64,000 nt of DNA from the human T2T-CHM13v2.0 reference genome, Homo sapiens (GCF_009914755.1 NC_060947.1), one strand, 5' to 3'; shown: positions 40,711-61,112, numbered from the stretch's first letter. Made by a program: numbers and translations. Notes: generated from the letters alone by a model not told the origin.

Positions 40711-41479
40711 CTGCTTTTAAAGGGCTCATGTGTGTAAGTCAGACCCACTTGGAGAATCTCCTTATCGTAAGATCAAGTGACTAGTGAGCATAATTACATC
40801 TGCAAAATTATTTTTTCCTGTAATGTAATCATGAGACTAACACCAGAGGGTAAAAGTCATGGGGACCATCTCAGAATTCTTCCAAAGAAAGAGAGAGAAG
40901 CTAAATATAGCAAGAGTCGAAGCCATGAGTTTTGGGCCACTTTCTCTTACAAAGTACTTATCGCTCCAGGACCTGAGTGTGATCTTTATGTATCCCTTCA
41001 ATTTGATAATGGGGTGCTTCTGTACCTACCCATCACTAAGATTTGGGGGGTCAGAAAACACCCTGTTTAGGATGGGCAGCTCAGCTGGCATGGTAATGTG
41101 CTGTTTCAATGAAATTCTGGGGAAAAAAGTTTTTAAGTCACCTATATTCTTTATGTGAATATATGTGCTGCTCTCCTTTTGGCTGCAACTTCTGCTCTAT
41201 TCATAATTATACTATGCATGTGGGTTGCTCTCAATATTCAGTACTCAGGCTATTTTGCTGCTTAGTGTCACATCCTTTTGGCCACATTTCAGACTCAGCA
41301 TGTTTGTTGCCCCTCTGGCAATACTTGACTGCCACTTAGTGGCTATTGTGATCTATTTTCTACTCTGGATTTCTGTTGACAAAACTTTCTGTTTAGGGCA
41401 CATTAAGAGTCCCTATCTTTCCAGGCTTTATTCATTTTCATAATCCTTCACATGTCCTTCAGCAAACATTCTATCCAGA

Positions 41480-46430
<4,951 letters not shown>

Positions 46431-46444
46431 GGCTGTACTCTCAT

Positions 46445-46752
46445 CAATTTGGGAGACCAAGGTGGGAGGATCACTTGAGGTCAGTAGTTCTGGACCAGCC
46501 TGAGCGACATGGAGAAACCCCCAAAATACAAAATGAGCCGGGCGTGGAGGCCTTAGCCTCCCAAGTAGCTGGGATTACAAGTGCATCATAGGTGCCATTA
46601 CAGGTGCCATCACGCTGCTAATTTTTGTATTTTTAGTAGAGATGGGGTTTTGCCATGTTGGTCAGGCTGGTCTCGAAACCTGGCCTCAAGTGATCCGCCC
46701 ATCTCATCCTCCCAAATTGCTGGGATTACAGGCTTGAGCCACCACACCCAGT
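46445..46752. mobile_element. Composite of a plus-strand and a minus-strand Alu fragment
   Basis: GGATCACTTGAGGTCAG (plus) abuts CCTCCCAAGTAGCTGGGATTAC (minus). Confidence 0.8.
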
Positions 46753-46959
46753 CCATTCTATGCTTTTAAAGCACAAAAAGAGCAAAATATTGTGTGGTTT
46801 TTCCTTTAATATTTTACAAATGTTCACATTGATAAGTAATGTTATTTTTTTATTAATTTGCAAGCATTTTGTATAAAAAAGATTTCAACTTTTCATAAAT
46901 ACAAATAAAACATTTTAATTTTCACAAGTCCATTAATGCTGGAGAAATGTCTAGTTGTC

Positions 46960-47387
46960 TTTCTTTTCTCTTTCTCTCTTTCTTTTCTTTCCTTTCTTTT
47001 CTTTCTCTTCTTTCCTTTCTTTTCTTTCTCTCTTTCTTTCTTTCTTTCTCTTTCCTTCTTTCCTTCTTTCTTTTCTTTCTTTTCTTTCTTTCTGACAGAG
47101 TTTTGCCCTGTTGCCTATGCTGGAGTGCACTGTCAGGATCTTGGCTCACTGCTGCCTTGGCCTCCTGGGCTCAGGTGATCCTCCCACCTCAGCCTCCTGA
47201 GTAGCTGGGACTACTGGTGCACACCACCGTGTCTGGCTAATTTTTGTATTATTATTATTTTTTTTTTTGTAGAGCTGGGGTCTCGCCATGTTGCCCAGTA
47301 TGGTCTCTAACTCCTGGGCTCAACCAATCCCCCTGCCTCAGCCTCCCAAAGGGCTGGGATTACAGGCATGAGCCACCACGCCCAGCT
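46960..47387 (-). mobile_element. AluJ-like element with expanded (CTTT)n tail
   Basis: Pyrimidine microsatellite 46960-47092 followed by a reverse Alu. Confidence 0.92.
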
Positions 47388-49461
47388 TAGTTGCCTTTCT
47401 TGTGCTTTGTTATTCCTTCATAGAAAAGTAAATTGTACTATTTTCTTTAAGAATATTAAGAACATAAGAATTTAGACTTCAAAACTGCACTCACTGTCAA
47501 CAGTGGTATTTGTTCATGCTTAATTAAGAAATATTGACCTTAACAGCAAGGATATTTTTAAAAATGGATTTCAAGACAGGCCGTGTGTACTGGTTATCAG
47601 CATAGAGTAAAACTATGCAACTCTATAAGCAGGTGATACAATGAGGCTTAATAAAGGCAGTGGATGGATACACAGATTGAATGATTGATTTCTTAAAAAG
47701 AATTGGTTTTACACAATTGTGAAAGGTGGTAACACAGTCTTTGTAAGGCTTTTGTCATCTCTACTGAGGATGGTGGCGTAACAAACAGGCTGAAACCCGC
47801 GAACATGATCTGGAACATTATGAGTGCAGATGGAGGTACATGTTCATTTTTGTTGCCTCTGATCTTGAAGACGAAAAGCCAAGAAGGCTCTTTGTAACAG
47901 AGCTAAACACATACACCTGGCCCAGAAGATAGAGAAGGTAAAAGAGCATCCAGGGGAAGGAAGAGAAATTGCAGGTCTGGCTGTAGCTTCGTACCAATAA
48001 GGTGAATCCAGAGAGCAGCAACAATGTGTGTGAGCTAGAAATGGCTGCTGCCTCCTATCCACTGCCCTGCACAATTTTCAAAGAACCTCCACGGGGAACA
48101 CCAGATACTTCCCAGAAAGAGAACCGTGGCTAATATAATTTGGCCTAGCCAAGTCGACAAATTGCAAGTGATGCCCTTGTCACTTTGATATCCATGCACC
48201 TCTCCTTACGCCGTTCTTAATCTCTACGTAGAAACAATAACAAATCACAATTCTCCGTAATGTGGTCCAACTCTCCCACCTGCAACCAAGAAAACACGAA
48301 CTCTTCTCCAAAAGAGGGCACTAAAAGCCTCACATTTTTCTTAAATCTTGTTCAATCTGCTGCTACCTAATTCATACTGTGCGTTTAATATCCTGTATCT
48401 TAAATGTTGAAAAATAAAGTTAACTTAATAACACATGCTAGGAGATCAGGGGATGTCAGGAGGTCAAAACGAAAAATATTTACTATATATATATATATAA
48501 ACATATATGACACATAATATTAATATATGCAAATGAATTCATTTCAAAATAAAGAAGTGATACTCTTTATTCTGAAACAAAAACAGAAACAAGGTTAGTC
48601 TTTGTATCTGCCTATGGTCTTGTAGTCACTTCTCCCACTACCCATTTCATACTCCCTTTGTTTTCAGCTAGCCCCTTCTCTGGTGACAGACCTTTTCCTA
48701 GTGGGGTGACTCAAACCTCCAATCTTGAGGTTCACGGCCATAAGCAGTCCTGATTGAATTAGGCTGTTGCAGTTTTCTTTGACTTTCATCACTGGACACA
48801 GGAGTACTAAGAGGTGCTCTATAGGATCTCCTGAATTTCAGACATATCCCTCCTTAACCCCATGATGACTGAAAGGTTGTGCCTCAATCAACTTGCAGAC
48901 TTGACTAGTTTATAGACCTAAAACCTCATGAATCAGGCACATGTACCATAAAACTTAAAATATAATAATAATAAAATAAAATAAAAGGCTTCTTGAGGAG
49001 GGGCCTTTCTAGAATGAAAAAGCTTATACCATCACTTTCTCCCATTCTTACTCAAAGAAGGCCTGTAGCCCTTCACTAAGGTGAAAGTACATGCGGAAGA
49101 GAAATTATTAGATTTATCAATGACTACAGGACACCAGTTCTGAATTGACACGAATTTCTTGAAGACACAAACATCATGCTGATTCTTTCGAAAAATATGT
49201 GATTTATTACTGAGCCTTGGGTGACATTCAATGTTTGACCATGGACGCCAAATTATAATGCTACTTAGACATGCCTGTCTTATCCTAGGTGCTTTCTGAC
49301 CCACCAAGTTACAGCAATGGGTATGCATAGAAGCACACCATTATTAAATGGAAGTGGTATGTACAAGATCAAGCATGTCCTGAAGGCGAAAGTAAGTTCC
49401 ATGATGAAGTGGCCAAAATACACATGGATCCTATTCCTGCCACACAACTTTCTCCATCTAC

Positions 49462-50060
49462 GATTGGCAGGATACTAAAATGGTCCCCATGAATTTCACC
49501 CCCTGATTAAGTTACCTAGCATGACAAAAGCGATTTTGCAGATGTGAGTAAGGTTACTAACCTGTTAACCTAAATATAGAGGAATTCCTCAGGTGGGCCT
49601 AACCCACACACATGAGCCTTTAAAAGCAGAGTCTTTTCTCCAGCTGGTACCACAAGAGGATGAGACAGTTATGAAGAATGAGAAGAATTTGACATGCTGA
49701 TGCTGGCTTGAAGATAGGGAAGGGACCTCGTGAAAAGATCTGGTAAGCCCCTTTATGAGTTGAGAGTGAGTCCCAGTTCACAGCCAGCCAGAATCAAGGA
49801 TTTCAGTTCTGCATGGCAAGGAATTGGATTCTGCCAAATATCCAAATGAATTTGGAATTGCATTCCACCCCAAACTTTTTAGATGAGAACACCGCTTGCA
49901 TACAATTTTGATTTTGGCCTTTTGAGACTCCAAGTAGGGAACCAAGTCAAGACCTCCCAGATTTCTGAACTGCAGAACTGTGAGATAATAAATAATAATT
50001 CAGTGTTGCTTTTAGCCATTTAATTTGGAGTAGTTTGTTACAGGGCAATAAAACTAATAC
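49462..50060 (+). mobile_element. MaLR LTR (MLT1D/E-like)
   Basis: GATTTTGCAGATGTGAGTAAGG; GAACTGTGAGATAATAAAT; GCAATAAAACTAATACA end. Confidence 0.75.
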
Positions 50061-51239
50061 ATTCTCTCAATCTGCACCTATATCCCTAAGGGGAGTACAC
50101 TACAACCAGTTGAATGAAGAAGCAGTACCTCAGGGTTAGTTTACCAATAGAGCTGAATGACATGCAGGCACCACTTATATTAGTTTTCATACAGGAAAAA
50201 AGAGAGAGAGAATATAAATTAATTACAATCTCATTTGTTGGACTTATATTTAGGTTAAAATGTAACATATAGGAGAAGACTACTGGAATCACGGAGGAAA
50301 GACCAGTGAAAATCCACGCTTTTATTTTTTAAAAGTCGCAAATATTGTCAACATAAAGATTCTTGAAATTCCAGGAATTCAACAGTCCGAAGAATATTTA
50401 TTCAAGAAAAATGGCTAAATCACACTACCAACCATAAGCTTTGTGATGTTTTAACTTGTTCCATTCCCCCACACCCTGCTCTGCTCCAATGTTAGCCTTT
50501 AAACTTACACCCTCACAACTCTGGTAGCTCTGAATACCATCAAATTATCAGCCACTTGCAGGGAGCTACTGGTTGGAGCTCCCCTAAAATCTCTATTTCC
50601 AGACAATCACTACTTTGAATATTAATATTATTATTATGTTTGAGACAGGGTCTCTCTCTGTCTCCCAGACTCGATGGCACTGGCACAATTATGGCTCACT
50701 GCAGCCTCGACCTCCTGGGTTCAAGAGATCCTCCTGCCTCAGCCTCTGGAGTAGCTGGAACTACAGGCATGAGCCACCGCGGCCAGCCTAATCATCACTA
50801 TTTAGCATGCCACCAAAACTCCCTGAGAAGCACCATTCTCAGAGCTTGTGTTTAATTAAACTGTCTGATAGCTGGCTTTGTGTGAATACCCCATCCACTA
50901 TCTTCAGGTGTAAGCTAGGAATTCCTGTAGGGCTGTGTTGCACAGAAGTGATGGCAGTGGGCAATGCTGTCCTGTTTTGATTTTACAAGGAATGCATCTA
51001 AGATTTCTCCCCTGCGAATAACGTGTGCAGTGGATTTCTGATAGACCCACAGCTAGTATCATACTGAATGATAGAGACCTTTCTTATATGCGTTTACATT
51101 TTTTCTCATGAATAGGTTGTTGCATTTTAACACGGTTTATGCTTTAAGTGTGATGATAACATAGATTTCTTTTTGTGTGTGTGTTAATATAGTGTGCCAT
51201 CCATGAACTTACTGGCGGTCAGGTACAAATTCACCCCAT

Positions 51240-51465
51240 TCTTTTTGAGACAGGGTTTGGTTCTGTCGCCCAAGGTGGAGTGCAGTGGCGGGATCTCGGC
51301 TCAAGGCAACCTCGGCATCCCAGGTTCAAGTGATCCTCCCATATCAACTTTCCTAGTAGTTGGGTCCACAGGTGCGCGCCACCACGCCCAGCCAATTTTT
51401 GTGTTTTTCTTTTTGGTTGGTTGGCTGTTTTGTACAGCCAGGGTCTGGCTATGTTACCCAGGCGA
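51240..51465 (-). mobile_element. Truncated AluJ fused to CT45 promoter copy 2
   Basis: Reverse Alu broken at ATGTTACCCAGGCG|ATTTCATCCC, the same junction as at 56805. Confidence 0.85.
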
Positions 51466-52082
51466 TTTCATCCCGCTGTGTGAGAAAGTTCTGCGTTCCT
51501 CTCCCTACGTAGCTGTGCAGTTGTTACTGAAGGCCGACTGTAGAGGGCGCCAGAGTCAGCGAATGGGAGGGCTGTGCTTCCTGGTTCCCCTGGCTGGAGC
51601 CCATGGTCTTGCAGAGTACAAGCCTTCACCTCGGGACTCTGGCGCCCCCAACAGATTCCCAGTGTTCAGCTGGGGCAGGACAAGTGGTGGCCAGCAGCTT
51701 CCCTTCCATCCCCCTTGGGCTGTACGGGATCAGTGCTTCTGGTGAGATGCGTCCCATGCACATCATTCACAGGTACCCTAGAGGGCACATATCCCACAAC
51801 TCCCAGAGGGCAAGTTTCCAGAAAGTACAGCCAGTGGTGGAATTTTCGCTGCCATTTTGTGAGGTGCCACAGCCGCTCCTCTGGAAAGGTTAGGACTTCA
51901 GGACTGTGAGTGGGGCAGTTTTTCTCTGGATGCTTTAATATCGCCCCAGAAAGTGTCTTTCTGGGGTGCTCTGCGTTGGGTGTGTGGTACGGCTCCCTGG
52001 GTGATGTGGTTCCGCTCTGGAGACACCACCGTGGGTGCCTGTGTCAGCCGTCGGAGACCGTTTTCCTTGGGCACCTTGTCTT
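51466..52082 (+). promoter_or_regulatory. Upstream duplicate of the CT45 promoter/exon 1 (copy 2); candidate alternative first exon ending at 51888
   Basis: Colinear with 56806-57425; retains the donor GAAAG|GTTAGG at 51889. Confidence 0.75.
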
Positions 52083-52089
52083 CGCTAGC

Positions 52090-54675
52090 AGGGTTTCACT
52101 AACTTGTCAATGTGTCACGGTACTGCACAACATTGATAAAACAAGCATCTATTATGCAACTCGCTTCGTGTTCCTTATTTAGTGGTAAGAAAGGCAAGAT
52201 GTAGGAACTTCCTGTTCACCTTATGAACACCATCTTGACATGCCAGACTACTAGATTGTTAAACGTTTCACTCAGTTAGAAGGTCCCTGATTTTGTGTGG
52301 GAATTATTTCTCACATAATGTCTTGTAAGTGTGTCGCTAATGTGTCTGGATTAGTTGCTACCTCCTGCGCAGTCAGCATAATGTCATCAGTGCAAAGAAT
52401 GGTGTTACATCTGGTTTAAGAGAAAGGTGGTCATGGTCCCTAAGGACTCGTTTAGGATATAAACCTTGAGAGTTGATATAAGGTTGAAAGAGGAGATGAT
52501 AGTACATTGCTGTCCTTTCTAGCTGGACCCAAACTCTTCTTTATGACAACTACTGAAAGAAAACAAAACATTCACCTAATTAATATTATATATCAGGTTG
52601 CCAGGGATGTCACGGTTGCTGACGCAACAAAACCACCTGCAGTACAGCAGCTGCAGTTGGAACAACAATTTGATTAAGTTTATGGTCCGATCTCGGCTCA
52701 CTGCAACCTCCACCTCCCAGGTTCAAGCAGTTCTCTTGCCTCAGCCTCCTGTGTAGCTGGGACTATAGGCATGCACTGTTACACCTGGCTAATTGTTTGC
52801 ATTTCTTAGCAGAGACAGGGTTTCACCATGTTGGCCAGGCTAGTCTCAAACTCCTGACCTCGAGTGATCTGCCCACCTCAGACTCCCAAAGTGCTGGGAT
52901 TACAAGCGTGAGCCACCGCGCCAGGCCCCGGCTATTTTTTGTATTTTTGGTAGAGATGTGGTTTTGCCATGTTGGCCAGCCTTGCCTGGAACTCCTGACC
53001 TCAAGCGATCCACCCACTTCTGCCTCCCAAATCCTGGGATTACAGGCGTGAGCCACTGTGTCTGGCGAAAACTTCACTTTTAAGTGAAACACAGAAACAA
53101 AATCAGATAATCAGAAAATGAGATACTGCATGTTCTCATTCATATGTGGGAGCTAAACAATGGGTACACATGAACATAAAGGTAGAAACCATTGACTCTG
53201 AGGACTCCAAAAGGGAAGTGGAGGGGAGGGAGGGAGCGGGTTGGAGGGTTGAAAAACTACCTATTGGATGCTCTCTTCACTATTTGGGTGATGGGTTCAC
53301 TAGAAGCCCAAACCCCAGCATTATGCAATTATACCCAAGTGAGAAAACTGTACGTGTACCCTTCTGGTATTTATAATTTTAAAAAGGTTAAAAAAGAAAG
53401 CTTCAGTTTTAAATCTTAACCAGATATACATGAAAAGGATTACTACACTTTGACACCTTTACAAGTTTCTATGTTAGTTTTTAGTATTAAAGCAGAAACC
53501 TATTCCTTGACCACTTTATTAATTGTATATCCTCTTTGAACAAACATCCAAAATACAAGACTGTCACTTTTCGTTCTGTAACTGTGATTCTTCACTGCAG
53601 TCTTCTATAGATTTTACAGAGTTAATGGTCCCTAATATCTGCCATTCTCCAACTGTCCTGGGTGGCGAAATGGCTGCCATAGTAAACTTGTCACTGATAA
53701 ATAGAGTTTCTGGAAACATGCAGGGCTTGTTATTTAAGAGTGACTCCATTTGGGCATTCTGGTGGATGGCCTACAGGTTTTCTTGCAGAGTATACTAGAG
53801 TCTCCAGAATGAATAACCCTAGGAACTTGAGGAACTAGCGCTTTCCAGAATTTTGGAAGCCAAGATACAAATATTGGTTTTCTCAAAAGCAATGCAAGTG
53901 GGAAGGAAAATCCATATCTAGACTAAATGTCTGTTGAGGTAAGAAGAAAGCACTTCTCTTTTTACAATAGAAGTGATCTATTGTAATCCACATACCAACT
54001 AGTGGCTGGCAGATCATTTTGGAGTCTGGTGCTAAATTGGGGGCTTAGTGTTGGTCTCCATTCCTGGAAGATTGTTCACTCAGCAATGACTGTAGCCAGG
54101 TTTGCCATGGTGAGTGGAAGTCCATGCTACTGCGCATAATCTCCATCCTTGACAGTTTGACCACTTTGTTGAGCCCATAAGATTGTGACACAAGTGTTGG
54201 GGAAAGAGGCTAATTAATATGTAGATAATAAGTACCTTATCCATCTGATTATTAAATTCTGCTCTGCTGAGGATACCCTTTGCTGAGAACTCTCATGAGA
54301 CCCCAATATCTTCACATTGTATGTCCACTTGGAAAGGTCTGTCCACATATTTGTTTTTTTTTCTCAGACGTCCTTGACAGAAATTTTTAATCATGTGTCC
54401 TCAATGTCCCTGACAATTCAGCGAATGAGTGGGACACAGCCTATGCATGGTACATACTTACACGTCTGGATATGCCTCCTCCAAGAAGGTGCACTGCTCA
54501 AAGTTCTTCCCTCTGGGAGGATTTCCCTTCATCACTGTCCTTCAGGGCTGTCCCAGTCAGGACTGTCACATGCAGCTGTCCACTTGTGGCTTGTGTGGTA
54601 GGCAGGATTCTAATTAAGCCCCAACAAGATTCCAGTCTCATGGTTATTCAATCAAATACTCATATGAGTACTGCT
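52090..54675 (-). mobile_element. ERV-L pol remnants (52090-52690 and ~53950-54675), interrupted by an Alu composite (52688-53065) and an L1M 3' end (53105-53392)
   Basis: Minus-strand TDDIM (~52385) and an integrase-like WYVDYN segment (~53990). Confidence 0.6.
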
Positions 54676-54919
54676 GTGGTGGGATTTTTTTAATGCAAAA
54701 ATGAGTATTTCATTTTGATAACACTAGAAGAAACAAACAAAACAACTGTGTTCCTACATCGAAGTGAAAACAATGTTTAAGCTTTCCTATCAATCAAATA
54801 TATTCCAAAAGAAAATGTGTTCTGTAAAGGTTCTGAAACACAGGCAAATATTAATACAATAGGCTAGGAAGCTATAATACTGAAAATGACTCTCTTCTGA
54901 CAGGGTACTTAACAAACAT

Positions 54920-56805
<1,886 letters not shown>

Positions 56806-57140
56806 TTTCATCCCACTGTGTGAGAAGGTTCTGCGTTCCTCTGCTTATGTTGCTGTGCAGTTGTTACTGAAGGTCGCCTGTAGAGGGCGCCAGTCAGCGA
56901 AGGGGAGGGCTGCGCTTCCTGGTTCTCTGGGGCACGAGGCTTCTCCTCAGCACTCTGGCGCCCCCAACAGGTTCCCAGTGTTCGGCTGGGGCAGGCACGC
57001 TGTGGCTGGCTGCTTCCCTTCCTTCCATCCCCTTTGGACCAAACGGGATCGGTGCTTCTGGTGAGACGCCTCCCCATGCACATCACTCCCAGGTGCCCTA
57101 GGGGGCACATTTCCCACAACTCCCAGAGGGCAGGTTTCTA
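56806..57140 (+). promoter_or_regulatory. CT45A1: CT45A1 proximal promoter (copy 3), CpG-containing, no TATA box seen
   Basis: CTCF-like CCTGTAGAGGGCGCCA (56877-56892) and CCCTAGGGGGCAC (~57096); ZNF143-like CCCACAACTCCCAGAGGGC (~57113-57131). Confidence 0.7.
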
Positions 57141-57215
57141 GAAAGTGCCACCAGTGGGGAGGCGCCACAACTTCACTGCCATTTTGTGAGGTGCCGCTGT
57201 CTCTCCTCCAGCAAG
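57140..57215 (+). other. CT45A1: CT45A1 non-coding exon 1 (5' end approximate)
   Basis: ...GCCATTTTGTGAGGTGCCGCTGTCTCTCCTCCAGCAAG|GTCAGG; matches the recalled CT45 5' UTR; YY1-like motif at 57178-57186. Confidence 0.75.
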
Positions 57216-57229
57216 GTCAGGACTTAAGG

Positions 57230-58090
57230 ACTGTGAGTGGGGCAGTTTTTCCCTGGATGCTTTAATTTCACCCCAGAAAGTGTCCTTTTTCCTCAGAAAG
57301 AGTCTTTTCTGTGGTGTTCTCTGTCTGGTGTGTGGTAGGGCTCCCTTGGGGAAGTGGCTCAGCTCTGGGGACACCGCCATGGGCGCCTGTGTCAGCCGCG
57401 GGGGAGCGTTTTCCTTGGGCACCTCGTCTCAGCCATGTTGTGAGGCCGGGGGGCTTTTCTTGGGGGCTCTGTCTCGGTGATGCTAGGGACTTTTCCTACT
57501 GAAATGACCTGAGCCCGGGGGTGGGGGCCATGCCTTGGTTGCTTGTGTCGGCCTCGGGTGCGGTGCTGTTTCTTTCCCACTCAGTCGCAGTCCTGAGGGG
57601 GGGCTCTGCCTTGGGGACTCTATCTGTTCTCATGGAACATGGTGGGGGTGGCTGTGTCCCAGACGCATGATCGCCGCCCTGTGGGATCGCTGACGGGGGC
57701 TTTATCTCAACCTGCGAGGGACTCTTCCTTGGGTGCTGATGTCGTCCGTGAGGCACATTTGCCCTTGGATGTCGCTCACTCTCAGCTAGGATGTGTTGGC
57801 TTTTCTTTGGTTCTGCTTATCCGCGATGTGGACGCTTACCGGATGCTTTGTCTTGGTGGTGGGTGCTCTCTCCCGGTGCTGCGGGGGAATGGGGTGCTGT
57901 TCCTTGGATTCTCTAAGCCTATGGTGGGACTCAGGGAGCTCTGTGTCAGCCATGAGGGAGGCCACGTGACCTTGGGAACTCTGTCTCTACCCAGGTTGGG
58001 GTGCTTTTCCTCGGTGGGTTGATCTCAATTCTGAAGGAACTCTTCACCGGGACTCTATCTGACCTTTCGGCCACAGCCTCAGGTGTCTGT
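57230..58090 (+). repeat. CpG-rich degenerate ~37-bp array at the start of CT45A1 intron 1
   Basis: Recurrent CTCTGTCTC/CTCTATCT..GGGG..TTCCTTGGG units with many CpGs. Confidence 0.65.
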
Positions 58091-58724
58091 GTGGGAATGG
58101 AAGTCCAGAAATATTCGAAGGTTCCAGCTGTGCCACATTCGAACACTCGCTGTACAGTTAGTCTTTCATTCCAGCCACTCCGATGGGTGTGCAGTGATCT
58201 CTCCTTATGTCTACACTCGCATTTCTCTGCCGATTAATGAGATTGAGCACCTTTTTAAAAAAATTGTTTTTATTTATTGATTTTTGTTTGTCTTTTGAGA
58301 TGAGGTCTCCCTCTGTCACCCAGACTGGATTGCAGTGCCACCACACCCAGCTATTTATTGTTTTTTTTTTTTTTTGAGCACCATTTTATGTGTTTATTGG
58401 TCATTTAACTATGTCTTTCATGAAGTTCCTTTTCAGGTATTTTCCTCCAGCTTTTACTGAGATGTTTGTATTTTAAAAATGGATTTGTAGTTTCCATATA
58501 TTCTGTATTTGAGTTATATACACATGCACGCAGGCATATATGTACATATATAAAAATACGTATACAATTTTAGTATCTTCTATAAATCTTTTTTGCTTTT
58601 ACACGATCTCAATAATGTATTTTAGATGAACAGATTCTCTTAATTTTATTAGTCAGTGTATTATTTATGGGTAGTGCTTTTTATTATTTAAGAAACATCT
58701 TTGAATCACCCAATGCCATTACTA

Positions 58725-59280
58725 TTATATATATATAATACTTATATATATATAATACTTATATATATAATACTTATATATATATAATACTTATATATAT
58801 ATAATACTTATATATATAATACTTATATATACAATACTTATATATAATACTTATATATTATATATATATAATACTTATATATAATACTTATATATATAAT
58901 ACTTATATATAATACTTATATATATAATACTTATATATAATACTTATATATATAATACTTATATATAATACTTATATATATAATACTTATATATAATACT
59001 TATATATATAATACTTATATATAATACTTATATATAATACTTATATGTATATAATACTTATATATATAATACTTATAGGTATATAATACTTATATATAAT
59101 ACTTATATGTATATAATACTTATATATATAATACTTATAGGTATATAATACTTATATATAATACTTATATGTATATAATACTTATATATATAATACTTAC
59201 ATGTATATAATACTTATATATATAATACTTATATGTATATAATACTTATATATATAATACTTATATATATAAAATACTTT
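58725..59280. repeat. AT-rich minisatellite, AATACTT(AT)n, ~36 units
   Basis: Manual count of AATACTT cores with variable AT spacers. Confidence 0.95.
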
Positions 59281-59843
59281 AAGTTCTGGGATACATGTGC
59301 AGAACGTGCAGGTTTGTTACATAGGTAGACACATGCCATGGTGGTTTGCTGCACCCATCAACCCATCATCTACATTAGGTATTTCTCTAATGCTATCCCT
59401 CCCCAGCCCCCCTCCCCCAACAGATCCCACTGTGTGATGTTCTCCTCCCTGTGTCCATGTGTTCTCATTGTTCAACTCCCACTTATGAGTGAGAACATGT
59501 GGTGTTTGGTTTTCTGTTCCTGTGTTATCTTGCTGACACATGTCCCTTCAAACGACATGAACTCATTCTTTTTTAGGGCTGCAAAGTATTCCATGGTGTA
59601 TATGTGCCACATTTTCTTTATCCAGTCTATCATTGATGGGCATTTGGGTTGATTCCAAGTCTTTGCTGTTATGAATAGTGCCGTGATAAACATACGTGTG
59701 CATGTGTCTTTATAGAAGAATGATTTATAATCCTTTAGGTATATACCCAGTGATGGGATTGCTGAGTCAGATGGTATTTCTGGTTCTAGATCCTTGAGGA
59801 ATCGCCACACTGTCTTCCACAATGGTTGAACTAATTTGCACTC
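59270..59843 (-). mobile_element. Truncated L1PA 3' end in CT45A1 intron 1
   Basis: ATACTTTAAGTTCTGGGATACATGTGCAG; [27 protein letters not shown]. Confidence 0.93.
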
Positions 59844-60819
59844 ATGATGATAATATTCTAAGTTTTCTTCTAGATCTCCCAATCATCAGAAATAAATTCT
59901 CATGGAATGGAGTAAAGTCAGAGTCCAGATATATTTGATGTGATTATTAGCCATTAGAGTATGACTCTTATGAAGTGCATATTCAGCTTTTCCCCCCAAA
60001 TTTTAGTGGGATGTTTGTTTTTTAGAAATTCATTTGTAGTTCTGGATATATTCTGGATTCCATTCATTTGTTGCCAGATAAATATGTATATATGTGTGTA
60101 AGTAATATATATTTTATATATAACCTATACTATATACTACATAATGTATAATCTACAAACATGATTTGGTTTTTCACCTCTTAATAGTGTCTTTGAGGAA
60201 CAGAACTTTTCCATTTAATTATGTCTAATTAAACAATTCATTCTTTATGGTTAGTGCTTGTTTATCCTCATTAAAAACATCTTTGCCTATACTATAGTTG
60301 TGAAGACAGTATCTTAAGTGTTTACTAGATTGTCTATCCATCTTTAATAAAGTTTTGTGGAGTGGGAAGAAGTAAGAGTCAAGGTTTGTATTTTCCCTGC
60401 ATTTATCAAGTGCATTTATTAAAAGCACTGTCTTTTCCACAATGATTTACAACTCTTCTGTATTTTGTATTTCCAGATTGTTTCTGGCCTCTGTGTCCTC
60501 TTCCCTTGGTGTATTTGCCTGTCATTGCTCCAGTACCACACTGTTTTAATTACTCTACCTTTATAGTAAATTTCATATATAGTAGTGCATATCTACTAAC
60601 TTAGTTCTTTTTCTTTAAAAAAAACTTTGTATTTTCCTTGGCTTAAAAAAAACTTGGCTTTTCCAAATCTTTAATTTGCATATACTTAAAAAATGATCTG
60701 CTTGTGAATTTTCAGAAAAACTTTTGTTAACATGGTGGAATTTTAAATATGATTGCTAGGATCATTCTGAGAGACTTGACAATAATGTCTTTTAATAATG
60801 TCTTTTAATAATGTCTTCC

Positions 60820-61112
60820 AGCCAGGCATGGTGGCTCACGCCTGTAATCCCAGCACTGTGGGAGGCCGAGGTGGGCAGATCACTTGCAGCCAGGAGTTTG
60901 AGACCAGTGTGGCTAACATAGTGAAACCCCGTCTCTACTAAAAATACAAAAATTAGCCAGGCGTTGTGGCAGGCGCCTGTAATCTCAGCTACTCGGGAGG
61001 CTGAGGCAGGAGAATTGCTTGAACTCAGGAGGTGGAGGTTGCAGTGAGCAGAGACTGTGCCACTCTACTCCAGCCTGGGCGACAGAGGGAGGCTCCGACT
61101 CAAAAAAAAAAA
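60820..61112 (+). mobile_element. Alu (AluS-like) with TSD
   Basis: Complete dimer; AATAATGTCTTCCA / AATGATGTCTTCCA flanks. Confidence 0.95.

Noticed and set aside
46922-47204. Lys/Arg/Glu-rich or Phe/Ser-rich ORFs (also 56375-56692)
   Set aside because: They are translations of (CTTT)n Alu-tail microsatellites
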